Of a DNA stretch of 64,000 nt, positions 11,540 to 23,460 are shown piece by piece (the stretch's first letter is position 1; every line of letters starts with the position of its first letter). A program made the position numbers and the translations under genes. This DNA is from Takakia lepidozioides (Eukaryota > Plantae > Bryophyta), in NCBI GenBank assembly GCA_030704615.1, contig CM060734.1:31620001-31684000 (forward strand), in the 5' to 3' direction. Below the pieces are notes generated by a model. It was not told the origin of the DNA, did not search any database, and worked only from the letters and a program-made list of their open reading frames with translations.

Positions 11540-13669
11540 AATGATTGTTATGAGGGATCGGAGCGTTGTGAGGTGTATGGCTTTAAAGCATTTATGAATG
11601 GAGATGATACAGAGGTTAAAATTATTTTGAAGTTGTTGAGATGCTGTCGTTTTGTATACCGCCTCTGGTTCCAGCAGTAATGACGAAGAGCAGGCCTGTG
11701 GACCAACCCTGCCGGCGGATAGCTAGAATGAGTGAAGCATATTTTTGTCGTTTTTCAAGGGTGGAAATACAGAGGAAGCGGTCATGGCAATATGTGAACT
11801 CGATGAAGTGTATGGTGATTGACGTGGGGACAGTGTGGGGATGGAAATATGGTAGGCCAGAAGGTGTGTTTCCGTTGGTGGCCCATATACTGGGCAAATC
11901 TGCATTTGAGAGTTTGTCGGATTTGTGCATCAGATGCAGCTGTAGTGTGCCAGAAGTTATTGGACAATTTATGGTGGAGTATTTCGGAATGTGTCTATTT
12001 TTGGATATGTTGTTAGGGGTGGCTGAGGGACGCTGCGGCTTGTTTGTTGGCTTCTTTAGATATGGTAGATCGGAGGTTTTGTGGGCGGGGATTCAGGTGG
12101 ACTTGAGATCGGGTGTATTAACCAGAAAGGGTGCGCATGTGCAATATGTATGGGATCAGCCGAGGGTTCCACTGCTGGTTTGGACGCCCCATGCTGAGTA
12201 AGGAGGTCAGCCTCCTCATTTCCGTTAATTCCGGTATGTGAATGTACTTTAAGAAAGTGAATGGGTTTGTCAATTGAGATAGCCAGGGTGATGATAGTTG
12301 AGATAAGGTTAAGGTCTGGGTGATGAAGGTGGGAGGAGGGGAAAGCTATATGATTACGCAAGAGAAAGAGTGAGGTCAAGTTGTCAGTGAAAATGTAGTA
12401 CGGTGGTGGAAACGTGGCTACTTGGGAGAAGGCTTCGTAGATGGCCATAAGTTCGGCATGTAATATGGTAGCAGGTCCTGGGAGTCGGTGGGCGGTCCTC
12501 TTCTTGGTGGCTGCATGATAGACTCCATACCCGGCGCAAAGAGCCGGAGTGGGAGCCATCGGTGTAGTGTGCATGTAGTGGGGGATATTTGGGAGAAGTT
12601 GGGCCTAGGTGTACCAGGGGTGCACCCACAAGTGTTGTATAGTACGAGGAGGAGGGGATGCCTGAGCCCATATTTTGTTTGGTTTAGGTCTATAGGATAG
12701 GGCTGAGGGGTTATGTATGGGTGGGGGTGGGAGGGTGGTGATAGACATACCTTGGTTGTTGGATAATAAGAGATTAAGGCAGGGAAGGAAGTCTGGGGGT
12801 ATATGGGTATGATGGGTATTATGGACCATTAAGATCAAGGTAACAGTAGGTTCTTTGTGGCGTAGGTATTTCGGGAAGGGCGGGTTGTGTATGTATCTAA
12901 GTTGTTTGGGTTCAATGACCACCAGCGGAGTTACGTCAGGGGGGAGTTGAAGAAGAGGGTGTTGGTGGTTAGGCGATCTCTGTAGTGTGAGAATAAGGAT
13001 GGTGGTGGTGGAGGAGGAGGCGTGTGCAGCGCGACGAGCCCATTGAAGGGCTTCATGTGCGAGGGGCCTGGGGGCAGGTGAGCAAAGCCCCCGCCAGTCC
13101 AGGTATGCTGAGTAGCGGAGCCTAAGGCCCCAAATACACAATCTCGGGGGTGCGGGCGAAAGTTCAAGGGGGCATGTGAGCGGGCTGGAGTAATATGAGT
13201 GGGTAAGCTAAAAGGAGGTGATGATGAGGTTGAGGATGCCAGGAGGGACAAAGTTGTGTGTAGGCTACCGCTAGTTTGTTAAGGGTGCGGGGTTTTTTAG
13301 TGGGGGTGTCGCATAGATATTGATCAATAAGCCAACTAACCTCAGTGGTAAAGTCTTGTTTCGGAGGTTGCGGGTGGCGATTTTGTGTGGTGGAAGCTGA
13401 GTATTTGTACCATAGCCAAGCAAGCCGTACATTGGAAATGGTCCCAGCGAATCTCCCGTTAATTATGTAGATGTTTGGATATTGTTTGGCTAGGGCATAT
13501 GATAGGTGAGACATGCTCAATGTCTTTGTCGGGGTTGCATTCTGTAATGTGTATTTGGAGATTAGGGGCGGATAGGGGGTGGTGGATGAAGCGAGCGTCA
13601 ATGGGCTGGGTTTGGGAGGCATGGTGCTGATGGATGTGTGCTAGATAATTGGTGTTAGTTGTTTTGTGG
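11540..13669 (-). mobile_element. 5'-truncated, frameshifted non-LTR retrotransposon (Dualen/RandI-like): PCIF1-like region, RNase H, restriction-like endonuclease; inserted into the satellite
   Basis: RNase H motifs YTDGS, AELMAI, IFTDNL, KVHSHTGINGNEEAD (12056-12671); RLE-type IHFIEFTYCHD..EKRQKYASL..VITAGTRG (11622-11830); satellite resumes in register at 13670. Confidence 0.75.
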
Positions 13670-14399
13670 ATATGGAGGGATAATATGAACTAAGGGATTT
13701 GAACTTCTTTGCCATAGCACAAGAGTTTCTCAACACGGGGTGATTGCAGCCTACAGTGTCCATTTTTTGCTGTCACAGCATTATTTTTTCCTGATATAGA
13801 ATAGTGATAAATTATCATACTCCTACATGACAATGCCATCAATAAAAAAAAGACTAACATATAGAGGTTCATCTACATATACTCTCACACTTTTAAATCT
13901 CATTATAAAAAACCAGAATCTCTAGATACTATGGATTTTTAAAAAGTCCATAAGGAATTGTCACAGTCCATAAAAAAAAGACGTTATGGACTTTTTTAAT
14001 ATAGGAGTTAGAACAAAGTCAAGAAAAATGGACTCTCTCAAACTTGCTTTGGAGAATGAAGAATAACTATCATACATAAATATACTATTTTGAGCCTCAA
14101 AAATAGATATTTTCATAAAGTCTTACGACTAATTTTTTTTTAAATAACAAAACTTTTTTCATTAGACGCATTCATCAATATATGAAGTGAGACATTTGTT
14201 TTGTTTTGTTTTGTTTTGTCACGTTGAGATGTCCCGAACCGCAAGGCCCCAGCCCTGGTGCTTGGTACCGTTGGAAAGCCCTCGACGAGGAGGGGTGCAC
14301 GGGCTTGGTCTCAAGATTTTTGGACATGCGGTGTGGGATGTCGAATTCCAAGTACTTTTGGTCGCTGGAACAAAAAATAGCAAAAATGGCAAAGTGGGC

Positions 14400-14490
14400 A
14401 TTCCTGGACAATGGTTGGAGCCTCGACAGGAGAGATATCAAGGGAAAGGTCTCCGGTTCAAATCTGGTCGTAGGCTCTGTGGAAAAAAAC
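14400..14490 (+). other. Degenerate tRNA-derived (SINE-like) head
   Basis: A-box-like tggttggagc and B-box ggttcaaatc followed by an A run; no full cloverleaf. Confidence 0.35.
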
Positions 14491-15190
14491 TTACTTAGAT
14501 GACATTGGTCACTTGGGCCAACGGCAGGGGCTACCTTAGAGGTTGCATTTGGGCCTCGACATGGGAGACGCACTTTGATACATATGGGATTGTACTTGGA
14601 CTTAGATGACACTAGACACTTGGGCCAACGGCACAGGCTACCCTAGAGGTCGCATTTGGGCCTCGACATAGGAGACGCACTTGGATACGTAGGGGATTGC
14701 ACTTGGACTTAGAAAACACTGGACACTTGGGCCAACGGCATAGGCTACCCTAGAGGTCGCATTTGGGCCTCAACATAGGAGACGCACTTGGATACATAGG
14801 AGATTGCACTTGGACTTAGATTTTAATTCTTCACACATAGCCAACGGCGTAGGCTACAGTAGAGGTTGCACTTGGGCCTCAACATATGATACGCATTGGA
14901 TACATAAGAAATTGCACTTGGTTTTAGATTTCCAATTCTTCACACATGGGCCAAAGGTACAGGCTATCCTAGATCAGGTTGCACTTGGGCCTCAACATAG
15001 GAGACGCACTGGGATACATAGAGGATCTTACACTTGGACTTAGATGACACTTGACACTTGAACCCACGGCACATATTGCCCTATAGTTCGAATTTGGGCC
15101 TTGACATAGGAGACGCACTGGGTACATAAAGGATCTTACACTTGGACTTAGTTGACACTTGACACTTGGGCCAACGGCACAGGCTACCAT
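14491..15190. repeat. 107-bp tandem repeat, ~6.5 copies, inside the TIR element
   Basis: cttag recurs at 14601, 14708, 14815; unit contains ttgggccaacggcacaggctaccctagaggtcgcatttgggcctcgacataggagacgcac. Confidence 0.9.
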
Positions 15191-15376
15191 AGTTCACCAT
15201 AAATGCACAGTTGAGTATGATTAAATTACAAAAAAAAATTTGTGAATTGATATTATCGCAATTTGTAAAACTTGGTTTTAACAATCAATAATAGACGGTC
15301 AAGATTGTCAATTGAAGCAAATCTGATTGTTGAGGATTCGCCACATCCTCCTTTATGTACTCTTTATGTACTCATG

Positions 15377-15562
15377 CACTACAGGAAAAGGGAGGGGTTT
15401 TCCACGTCGCGGCGTCGTAAAACAGCCCTTTTCGGGCAGGGCGAAAAACCAAATGGGCGTCACAAGCCCGTCGCAAGGGCGTCGCCAAAAAAACGTCGCA
15501 AATTTGCGACCAATGGGGGTCACAAAAAGGCGAAACCACGATTTGTGACGCCCAGGCGTCAG

Positions 15563-15604
<42 letters not shown>

Positions 15605-16235
15605 ACTAACCAACACACCTACACCACATATATTTATCACAAAAGCAATATATATATATATATATGTGAAGATTTCCTTCAAGTTCCTTCTAAGGGGGTC
15701 CCTCTTGTGACGCCTGGGAGTTGCAATCTCCACAACCTTAGTGCCCAGCCCCAACGTCGTCGTCGTTGTTGCACCCCCCAACTGTCAGGCGCCCCAAGCG
15801 ACGTCCTTGTGATGACCTAAGCTGACTACAACACCATTGCGACCCTCTGGCGTCGCAGCGTTGGCCGTCCCAGCGCGGGGCGCCCCCAGCGAAAGTTGAG
15901 GGCCGCAAAGCCAAAAAAAAAAAAAACAAACAAACTCTCATTGTGGTGATGCTGTTGCGACGCCCTGGCGTCGTAGAGGCGCTGGGGCGCCCTCAGTGAC
16001 GCTTTTGCGACGCCGAGGCGTCGCAAAAATAAAAATAAAAATAAAAATTGGCCCGACGTCGCAAGAAAAAAAATCCGTCGCAATGAGGGCCCTCTTTCCC
16101 CCTTCATGCCACCTTGCGACGGCTGGGCGTCGTAATGGTGTCGCAGCGGGGGATTGCGACGCCGGGGTGTCGCAAAAAAGCGCCGCGCGGGACGTTGGGG
16201 CGCGGCTGGCGTCGCAAACCCCCCCCCCCACCCAT
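15377..16235. mobile_element. Non-autonomous CACTA element nested in the TIR element
   Basis: Starts CACTACAGGAAAA; dense gcgacg/cgtcgc subterminal repeats in both orientations; right TIR not intact. Confidence 0.65.
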
Positions 16236-16281
16236 TTGTTGTATCTGCCATTTTTGGTCCATTCTAGTTTGCAATCACCCC

Positions 16282-16850
16282 ACGAAACTTTCATCTGATA
16301 GGGGTTTTGTTCGAAAACATGCATCATTTCCTCAACACGAAACTCTTGTTTGAAAGTGTTTTTGTTCAAAAAATTGAATGCTTTTGAACCAATATGGAGA
16401 GATATAAACTGATGAATTTGAACTGATTTGTTGTAACAAAAGAGTTTTTCAACACGAAACACTTGGCTGACAGTGATTTTTGTTAAAAAAACATGCATGT
16501 TTTTTGAACAATATGGAGGGATATGAACTGAGGGATTTGAACTCATTTGCCGTAGCACAAGAGTTTCTCAATACGAAACTCTTGGCTGACAGTGTTTTTG
16601 TTCTAAAACCTGCATACTTTTGAGATAATATTGAGGGATATGAATCGAGAGAATTGACCTGCTTTCCTATAACAAAAGAGTTTCTCAACAAGAAACTCCT
16701 GTCTGACATTGTTCTTGTTCAAAAACCTGCATGCTGTTGAACCAATATTAGAGAGATATCAACTGAGGGATTTGAACTGCATCGTCATAACAAAATAGTT
16801 TTTCAACACGAAATTCTTGTCTGATAGTGTATTTGTTCGAAAACATGTGC
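16282..16850. repeat. ~117-bp satellite, block 2 (~5 units)
   Basis: Same unit as 10555-11538; spacing 117-119 bp (16450, 16569, 16686, 16804). Confidence 0.9.
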
Positions 16851-17499
16851 GATTTTCTCTGGGCATCTCAAGAATATTTTTCATATTTTTTCATGTTTGT
16901 GAGCATCCTAACTGCACTCTACCCAACGTCTCTTGAAGGATCAAGTTTCACACTGCTCAATATGTAATTGTATTAGTTGTTAGGGGAGAGAGTTTCACTC
17001 TGCAAAAATATACATGGGTGGGGCTTTTAAAAGTGACATATTCATCATTTCAGCTACAGTGGGATTTTTTCTTAGGCAAGTTGATACAGAGTTTTGCCGT
17101 GCGAAATTATCTATGGGTAACGATCTTAAATTTAAGGTTAGGCCTCACCTCCCATATTCGTGCCTGTTATGAAAAAGGCATGGTATCATGTGAGCACAAC
17201 GTGAGAAAAAACCACGCTTATATGATAACATGTTCATCAAGTATATGGGCTACTTGTTCTTTAATATATGTTAGTTTCACAAAATTGTTAGTTTCGCCAA
17301 TTCCGTTCCGCTGGGGAAATTTGGCGGAAATTTTGTGGAAATTTGGGGAATATGCCTTTGTGCTCGCGTGAGCATGCTCATGCGCTACCCAACCTCCGGT
17401 TCCTACCTGCCGTTCGACGCAGCAGCGTCTTGCCACAATCCGGACTGGCTACAACCCAGTAGTAGCCTATAAGCGAGGCGCTTACCTAGTTCATAGTCC

Positions 17500-20452
17500 A
17501 CTCTTCGCCAGCATGTCTGGATATTTACTCACCATCAAGACTGAGTAGATTGGATCACTGCAATGAAATCGCACCCTGGCATGTCAGCTGCAGATTGTTT
17601 CAAAATGTTTGAATATATCATTGCAGGAAACATGGCAAGCTTTCCTGTGGGGCTATGGACACGTGGTGTGGACCAACCATCTGAGGGGCCGTCGCCCCTA
17701 GAGGAGAAGAAGATAGTACTGTTAAAAACGGAGATGATACTTTGATGGGAGGAAGAAATTTTAAAAGCAAATACTTGTCCAGATTGACAACCATTCTGTG
17801 GAGATATATGGACAAAATTTTTGAGGGTAAGTCAATGTCAACTTGTATTTATTGTGGAAAATCATTTCATTTTGCAAGAGAGTCCATGTTCTGGAAGGTG
17901 GAATGGAAGGGAAATAAATGCAAGACATTGAAGTGGAAAAATACTGTGAAGAACAACACTTCGGGTAATCAGGCAACTGTTCTAATATAGAAGAAAATTT
18001 TGATGAAACATTTGTTTTGGTTTCAAATCTGGTTGAAGAATTTTCAGCCACTCCTGATGGGGATACTTGGTCAACTCGGTGTCAAACAATTGATAAAGAT
18101 CAAGATGGTGTATCGCTTTGACATGGATGACGTTCATACTACACAAATTTTAGTGTGCAAGGAATGCATGATGAGAAAACAAAAAAGGAGATCATTTCCA
18201 AAAGACAGAGACACATGGGCAAGTGATTTACTCGAACTCGTACACAGTGATGTCTGCCAGGGTCTAGTCAAGATCACTTTGTCATAAAGAGGTATTTTGT
18301 AAGTTTCATTGATGATTATTCTCGAAAATCGGTCTGCTATTTCATGACAAATAAAGCGAAAGTGTATACAGAATTCAAAGAGTTGAAGTTGTTTATTGAA
18401 AAGCAAATAGGAGGGGAATATTACTCAAAAAAGTTTGAGTTGTATTTGAAAGAAAAAGCTCCACAACAAGACGGCGTTGCAGAGAGATGGAATAGGACAT
18501 TTGTAGAGGATGTACATGTTATATCACAGTGGGTTAGCTCTAAGATTTTGGGCAAAAGCAGTTGCTACAGCTGTGTACTTGAGAATGAAGAGTCATATTG
18601 AAACTATTGTAGAAAAAACTCTTATTGAGATGTGGACATGCAAACATCCATCTGTAAATCATATGATAACATTTGGTAGTAAGGCTTATGTCCACATACC
18701 AGATACAACCAGAACTGAGCTAGAGTTGAAAGTAAAGTGTGGGTTACTCGAGATAGAAGTTGTATGATGCAGTCACAAAGAAGATGATAATTTCAAGGGA
18801 TATTGTATTTGAGGAGAAGTTCCAAAAGAATCCCCTTCAACTACCATGGAATATTTCAGTGATCTTGGAATTTTGATCAGTGCACATCTAACTTTGGAGG
18901 ATTTTGAAACTGAAGAGTTATCCAATGAGACATAGACCAAGGAGATTCAACCACACTTGGAAGAACCAAAGGAAGTTAATTCATAGCAAAAACATCAGTT
19001 AGGTGAAATAAGATCTACATGGATCGAGAAGACATCAGCAAAATTGCTTTCTGATGAATATTCTACATGTGTAGCTAGTGTTATTGAGGAGCCACCAAGC
19101 ATGGAGGAAGCAATGGCTAAACCACATGCAAAACAGCGAGAGAAAGCTGCACATGAGGAACTAGAGTCTATATAGAGAAATTAGACTTAAAATTGGTAAA
19201 GTTGCCAATTATAGGCCCGAAAAATGATTGGATCAAAGTGGGTGTTTTACCTTAGCCCCACCCCTTATCATCACTTCATCGTCTTTAGTACCTCAAAGGT
19301 GTCCCTTCAGAAGCTAGATCTAATGCAGGATATAATGAATTTCAGTGTTCTCTTCTTTTTCCCTGGACAAACCATTGCTGGTTTCAGGGGGTTCACTTCC
19401 ATCAGTTGTCTCTCCTTACTCTCCCTCAATGACACTACAAACATTGTGTTACCACAGCTCAAAGTTCAGCGGCCTCAGTTTGTTGCTTCGTTTATTCATT
19501 TATCTCATTCAATCCAAAGAGAGAATCAATGATTGCTGTCATAAAAATCTGTTGTCTTCCAAGTTTGATGAAGGCTGGGTTCGGAGTATGTTTTCAGTTA
19601 GTAAAGAAAATATCTGGTTGATTGTTTGCAAATTGTGGATGTACCGATACACAGAAGTGCCTTATCAAGAACAGGAAGCAGGACCTTGTGTGCGGGGATC
19701 AAGAGAAAATCTTATGGAGATGTTGATCGATTCAAAGCCAATTTAGTGGCCAAGGGTTATACTAGGGATCCGAGATCTATTTATGCTCCAGTGATAAAAC
19801 TAGAATCCATGAGGATTTTGCTGGCAGTGTGAGCTGTTATTCTTGACTATGAATCCACCATATGGATGTGAAATTGACATCCTTGAACGTCGAGTCAAAA
19901 GAAGAAGTGTACATGGAATGACAATCATTAGGATTTGAAGCTCTAAAAGATAAGCATCTCGTGTGTATGCAGTTTTTTAAATCTTATATGGTTTGAAATA
20001 AGCTCTTAGGGTGTGGCATCGGAAAAGCAATGATTTTCTTAAAAGACTAGGGTTTGATTAGTCACAAGCAGACAACAGTGTATGTGTTCTCAAGAGAAAG
20101 GAGAGAATACTCATTGTGGGATTACATGTAGATGACATGATGATTTTGGGAAACAACGTCAAAATGATGACGATATTCAAAAGATAGGATTCAATATGAC
20201 TGAGATTGGTGAAATCAAGAAGTCAATACATCTCAGTTAGGAGTCGAAGTATGTCCGGGAGCTGCTCAAAGAGTTTGGAATGGTTGATTGTAAGCCAATT
20301 GGTACTCCAATGGACCTTGGACTGAAATTTGTTGAAGGAGTTAAAGAGCAATCTGACAAAGAAGAGGAAGAGAGTGTTGTTGGAAGGTCATAGTACAAAG
20401 AAGTAATATGGAGTTTAATGTATCCAATGATAGGTCCTTGACCTGATATTGC
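17500..20452 (+). mobile_element. Degenerate Ty1/copia internal region (gag remnant, GAG-pre-integrase, integrase, RT)
   Basis: CKEC..KQKRRSF..LELVHSDVC, PQQDGVAERWNRT, FWAKAVATAVYL, FGSKAYVH, IGSKWVF, RFKANLVAKGY, YAPVIKLESMRILLA, LHVDDM; many stops and frameshifts; ends at PDIA. Confidence 0.9.
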
Positions 20453-20799
20453 TACAACAATTCTTGCACACCTAACTTCAGAAAAAACCCCTTCACATCA
20501 TAGTTACTCACTTTGGTGCCTAACTCCCAAACTGACCGCCGAATCAACTTGGAGCTTTGATGTACCACCACGGTGACCCAACACTCCTTGTGATGAGCCG
20601 CGGTGAGTCTCGGCCCACTCCTTGCAACTCCATTGGCCCGCGATGAGTTCCGAGACTCCCCCACGACTCCCATCTATTCCCATTAAGCCCACTCATGAGC
20701 TCCCCACCTGCTCTAAGCCATGACCAACCTGCGACCATCCTACTCGGGGTCCCCACCGCCTCCACTCCACTGGGTGATTTTGCCACCCAAGGATCGTTC

Positions 20800-23460
20800 A
20801 TTAACCCCCACTTTCACTACTGTTACTGTCCATCTTTTTATAGCACAGGAATAATCCCTCTTCCGTCTCGACCCCTATCATGAAAGCAAAATGCCACAAT
20901 ACTCAGGGTCCCCACAACCCATCGGTTTATCTCCCCCCTTCTTTGCCTTGGCCAGTGGCTTCACCTTGGCACTAGCTGTTTACTGGCCTGTTCTTTCATT
21001 TGGTTACAAAGCGTTGTCTTCCTCTATCAGCCTCCACGACACCCCCTTTGAGGTTATTTTTTCCTCTTGTATTATTGCAAGTGAGCTGGATTACCAATAC
21101 CAATCGAGGTAACCGTACATGTAGAGGATTTGCTATCAACACTCTAGCATAATGGGCAACCACATTGTTTTTGAATGCCTCCACAATATGTTGGTACCCT
21201 GATTCCCCTTCTCCCACTTGCACCACAAAATTTGAAATACATACATGGTTGTCTTGAAGCCCACAAAACCCGAGAAGGGTGTCATCCCTAGCAATCCAAC
21301 GTACCAATCGCTTCACAACAGTTTCATCTTCGGCCACCATCACTGGGATGCTTCCCAATGGAATATTTGCATCTTCCATCACATCTCTGTAAATTCCAGC
21401 CACATGCTGAAATATATCATCCGTTTCTCCCGCTCTATACTTTCTTTCCTCAAAGACCGTCTTGTAGTATCAATAGAAGGACCCCCCACATTTGAAGCCA
21501 AAAAATGATGCAATCTCGGACCCCCCCAAAGCTGCACAGTCTCAAACATTGTTTTTGTGCTAGTACCATACCTCTTCCCTTGTGGAGACCTGTCAATATT
21601 CTTGCCCATATCAACAAGAAAATCCCACAAACTTTCTTTTCCTTCAAAATCCCCCTCCTATGTGCATCAACAATATCACGACAAAATTTGAGAACATCTC
21701 CTCTTTCAATTGCCTCAATCCCAGAATCCTTCAAACTCCTACATCGCACAGACAATGATGCCACTTTGGTCCTGGCCTCCCACAATTTGAACCTCAACTG
21801 CCTCAACTCCTGTCTGTTTTTGTAAACTTGTTTGACAATCTCCGCATTTCCAAGATATGATAACCTTCTTCCCTTGCCAGTATCTCTCTCCCCTCTACAT
21901 TCCATGGCACCTCTTTCTCTATATACCCTCATTCTGAAGTCATTTTCCAAGGGAATGGAAGAACATGCTGAACATCTCAAGTTTGGAAATGGCTCCCCAT
22001 CCAATGACACTCTAAAACAATCCGCGTGCCGAAACGTACCAACAACCTTATGCTCTTGATTGTTTAGAGTGATGGTTGCATTTGTCAACGGCTCGACATA
22101 CCACTTCTTTCCTCCCTTGCTATCTTGAAGGAATGGTTTCAGACTTATTCTCTGCTGGTTGTACTCCCACCATTCATCCCATAGGCCCCAACACAAACTG
22201 TCTCTTCCTTTGTTGCATTGGGACCTTTGCTGTAATTGTCAATCCTCGATCAAATCTCCCCGTTGGGCAGCGTCAACACAAGCGTATGGAGTTTGTGACG
22301 AGGATGCTCCCATTGTTGATGCCACAATTGGATTGTCAAGTGGTGGGGACGGCAACACAGGTTGACTGACCAAGAAAGAGCTTAGATCCCGTTGCTTTAC
22401 ATCTTTGGCAATCATAGGCTTTGGAGGCCTTCCTCTCTTTTTGCAAGGTCCTTCACTGCATCGACATGAGTTTTTCCTTTCACATGCTCTGTCAAAGAAG
22501 ATTGCAAAGAACCTGTCCTTGGAAACAAGAGTAGCCACTTCGAATCCAGTGGGCACCTAATCCTTATGGAACCCAACTGCGAATAGTCTCCAATTGTGGC
22601 TTCCACAATCTCAAATCTGTTTCCAGGATTGTCCTCACAAAACCGAGCGACTTCCTCCAATGCCTCCTTCACCCTGTTCTTCTTTGCGTCTAATGCTTCA
22701 TCTGCATTTACAGGGCTGATGACACATTGTGATGAACCCTTCCCATGACGCCTCTCATAGGCTATGCGATGCCCCTCACTCCTCAAATGAGATCTCATAA
22801 AGTTTGCACATGCATCATATGGTTTGTTTTTCCTAGACCGTGCATAAACATCCTCACACTCAACACACCATATGTGGAACATTGCTTGTCTTTGTTGATC
22901 CTTTGTCATCAGCTCAAACTTGTCACATCGTCCTTTTGCAGAGATTTTCCTTTCAACGGCTCTAATCTCTTTCTGCCATTTTTGAATATCGTTGGATGTA
23001 GCCAACGTGCTGCACAATCTACCAGATCTCTTCTGAAGTGCATGCTCATGTGCATGGTCTTCATTTCCACCATCGCCAGCAAAGGGTGTATCAGGGTCCA
23101 TCCTCATCTTGGTAGACACTGGTGTCGGGTCCTCGCCTGGTCTGTCCTCATGCAAGATCGTAGAACCACTGGAAGATAGAGGTCTTTTCAATCCTTGGTC
23201 CCCATCATTTTGGTCTGAAATCTTAATGTGTACAGTATCCCCTTTCAGAACCATCCTCTCTTCTTGCTTGGCTGAAAGGACACTACCCCCCATAGAAAGG
23301 AAATGAAATTTTGCTGAGACAAGCTCATCACCTATAATTTCTGCTCGGATGCATTTGTATGTGACACCTTGCATAGTGAACACAGAACCAAGCCTGTTTG
23401 GTGATGCATCTCCTCCAACAAGCAGGACTTTTACTTCCAACTCTTCTTCCATGATGAGTT
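20800..23460 (-). pseudogene. Frameshifted P-element-superfamily-like transposase with two C2H2-type fingers and an AT-hook
   Basis: Overlapping ORFs 22412-23491, 22239-22556, 21450-22196, 21379-21630, 20996-21403. GGPRLHHFLASNVGGPSIDTTRR resembles the P-transposase GPRAY..LPS..TL.R helix region; AEDETVVK..W...DDTLLGF resembles the first catalytic Asp region; KKRGRPPK AT-hook. Confidence 0.6.

Larger units (their letters stand above)
13737..16281. mobile_element. Non-autonomous TIR DNA transposon inserted in the satellite
   Basis: Perfect 12-bp TIR ggggtgattgca ... tgcaatcacccc. Removing it restores the satellite motif tctcaacacgaaact, with a duplicated AC (or CACG if the ends are GGG/CCC). 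Confidence 0.8.

Noticed and set aside
14400-14480. Functional tRNA gene
   Set aside because: Only A/B-box-like motifs; no acceptor or anticodon stems could be built
15272-16558. Lys/Arg-rich ORFs as real genes
   Set aside because: They arise from poly-A and GC-rich CACTA subterminal repeats
10555-16850. CRISPR-like array
   Set aside because: Whole units repeat with no unique spacers; eukaryotic context and no cas genes
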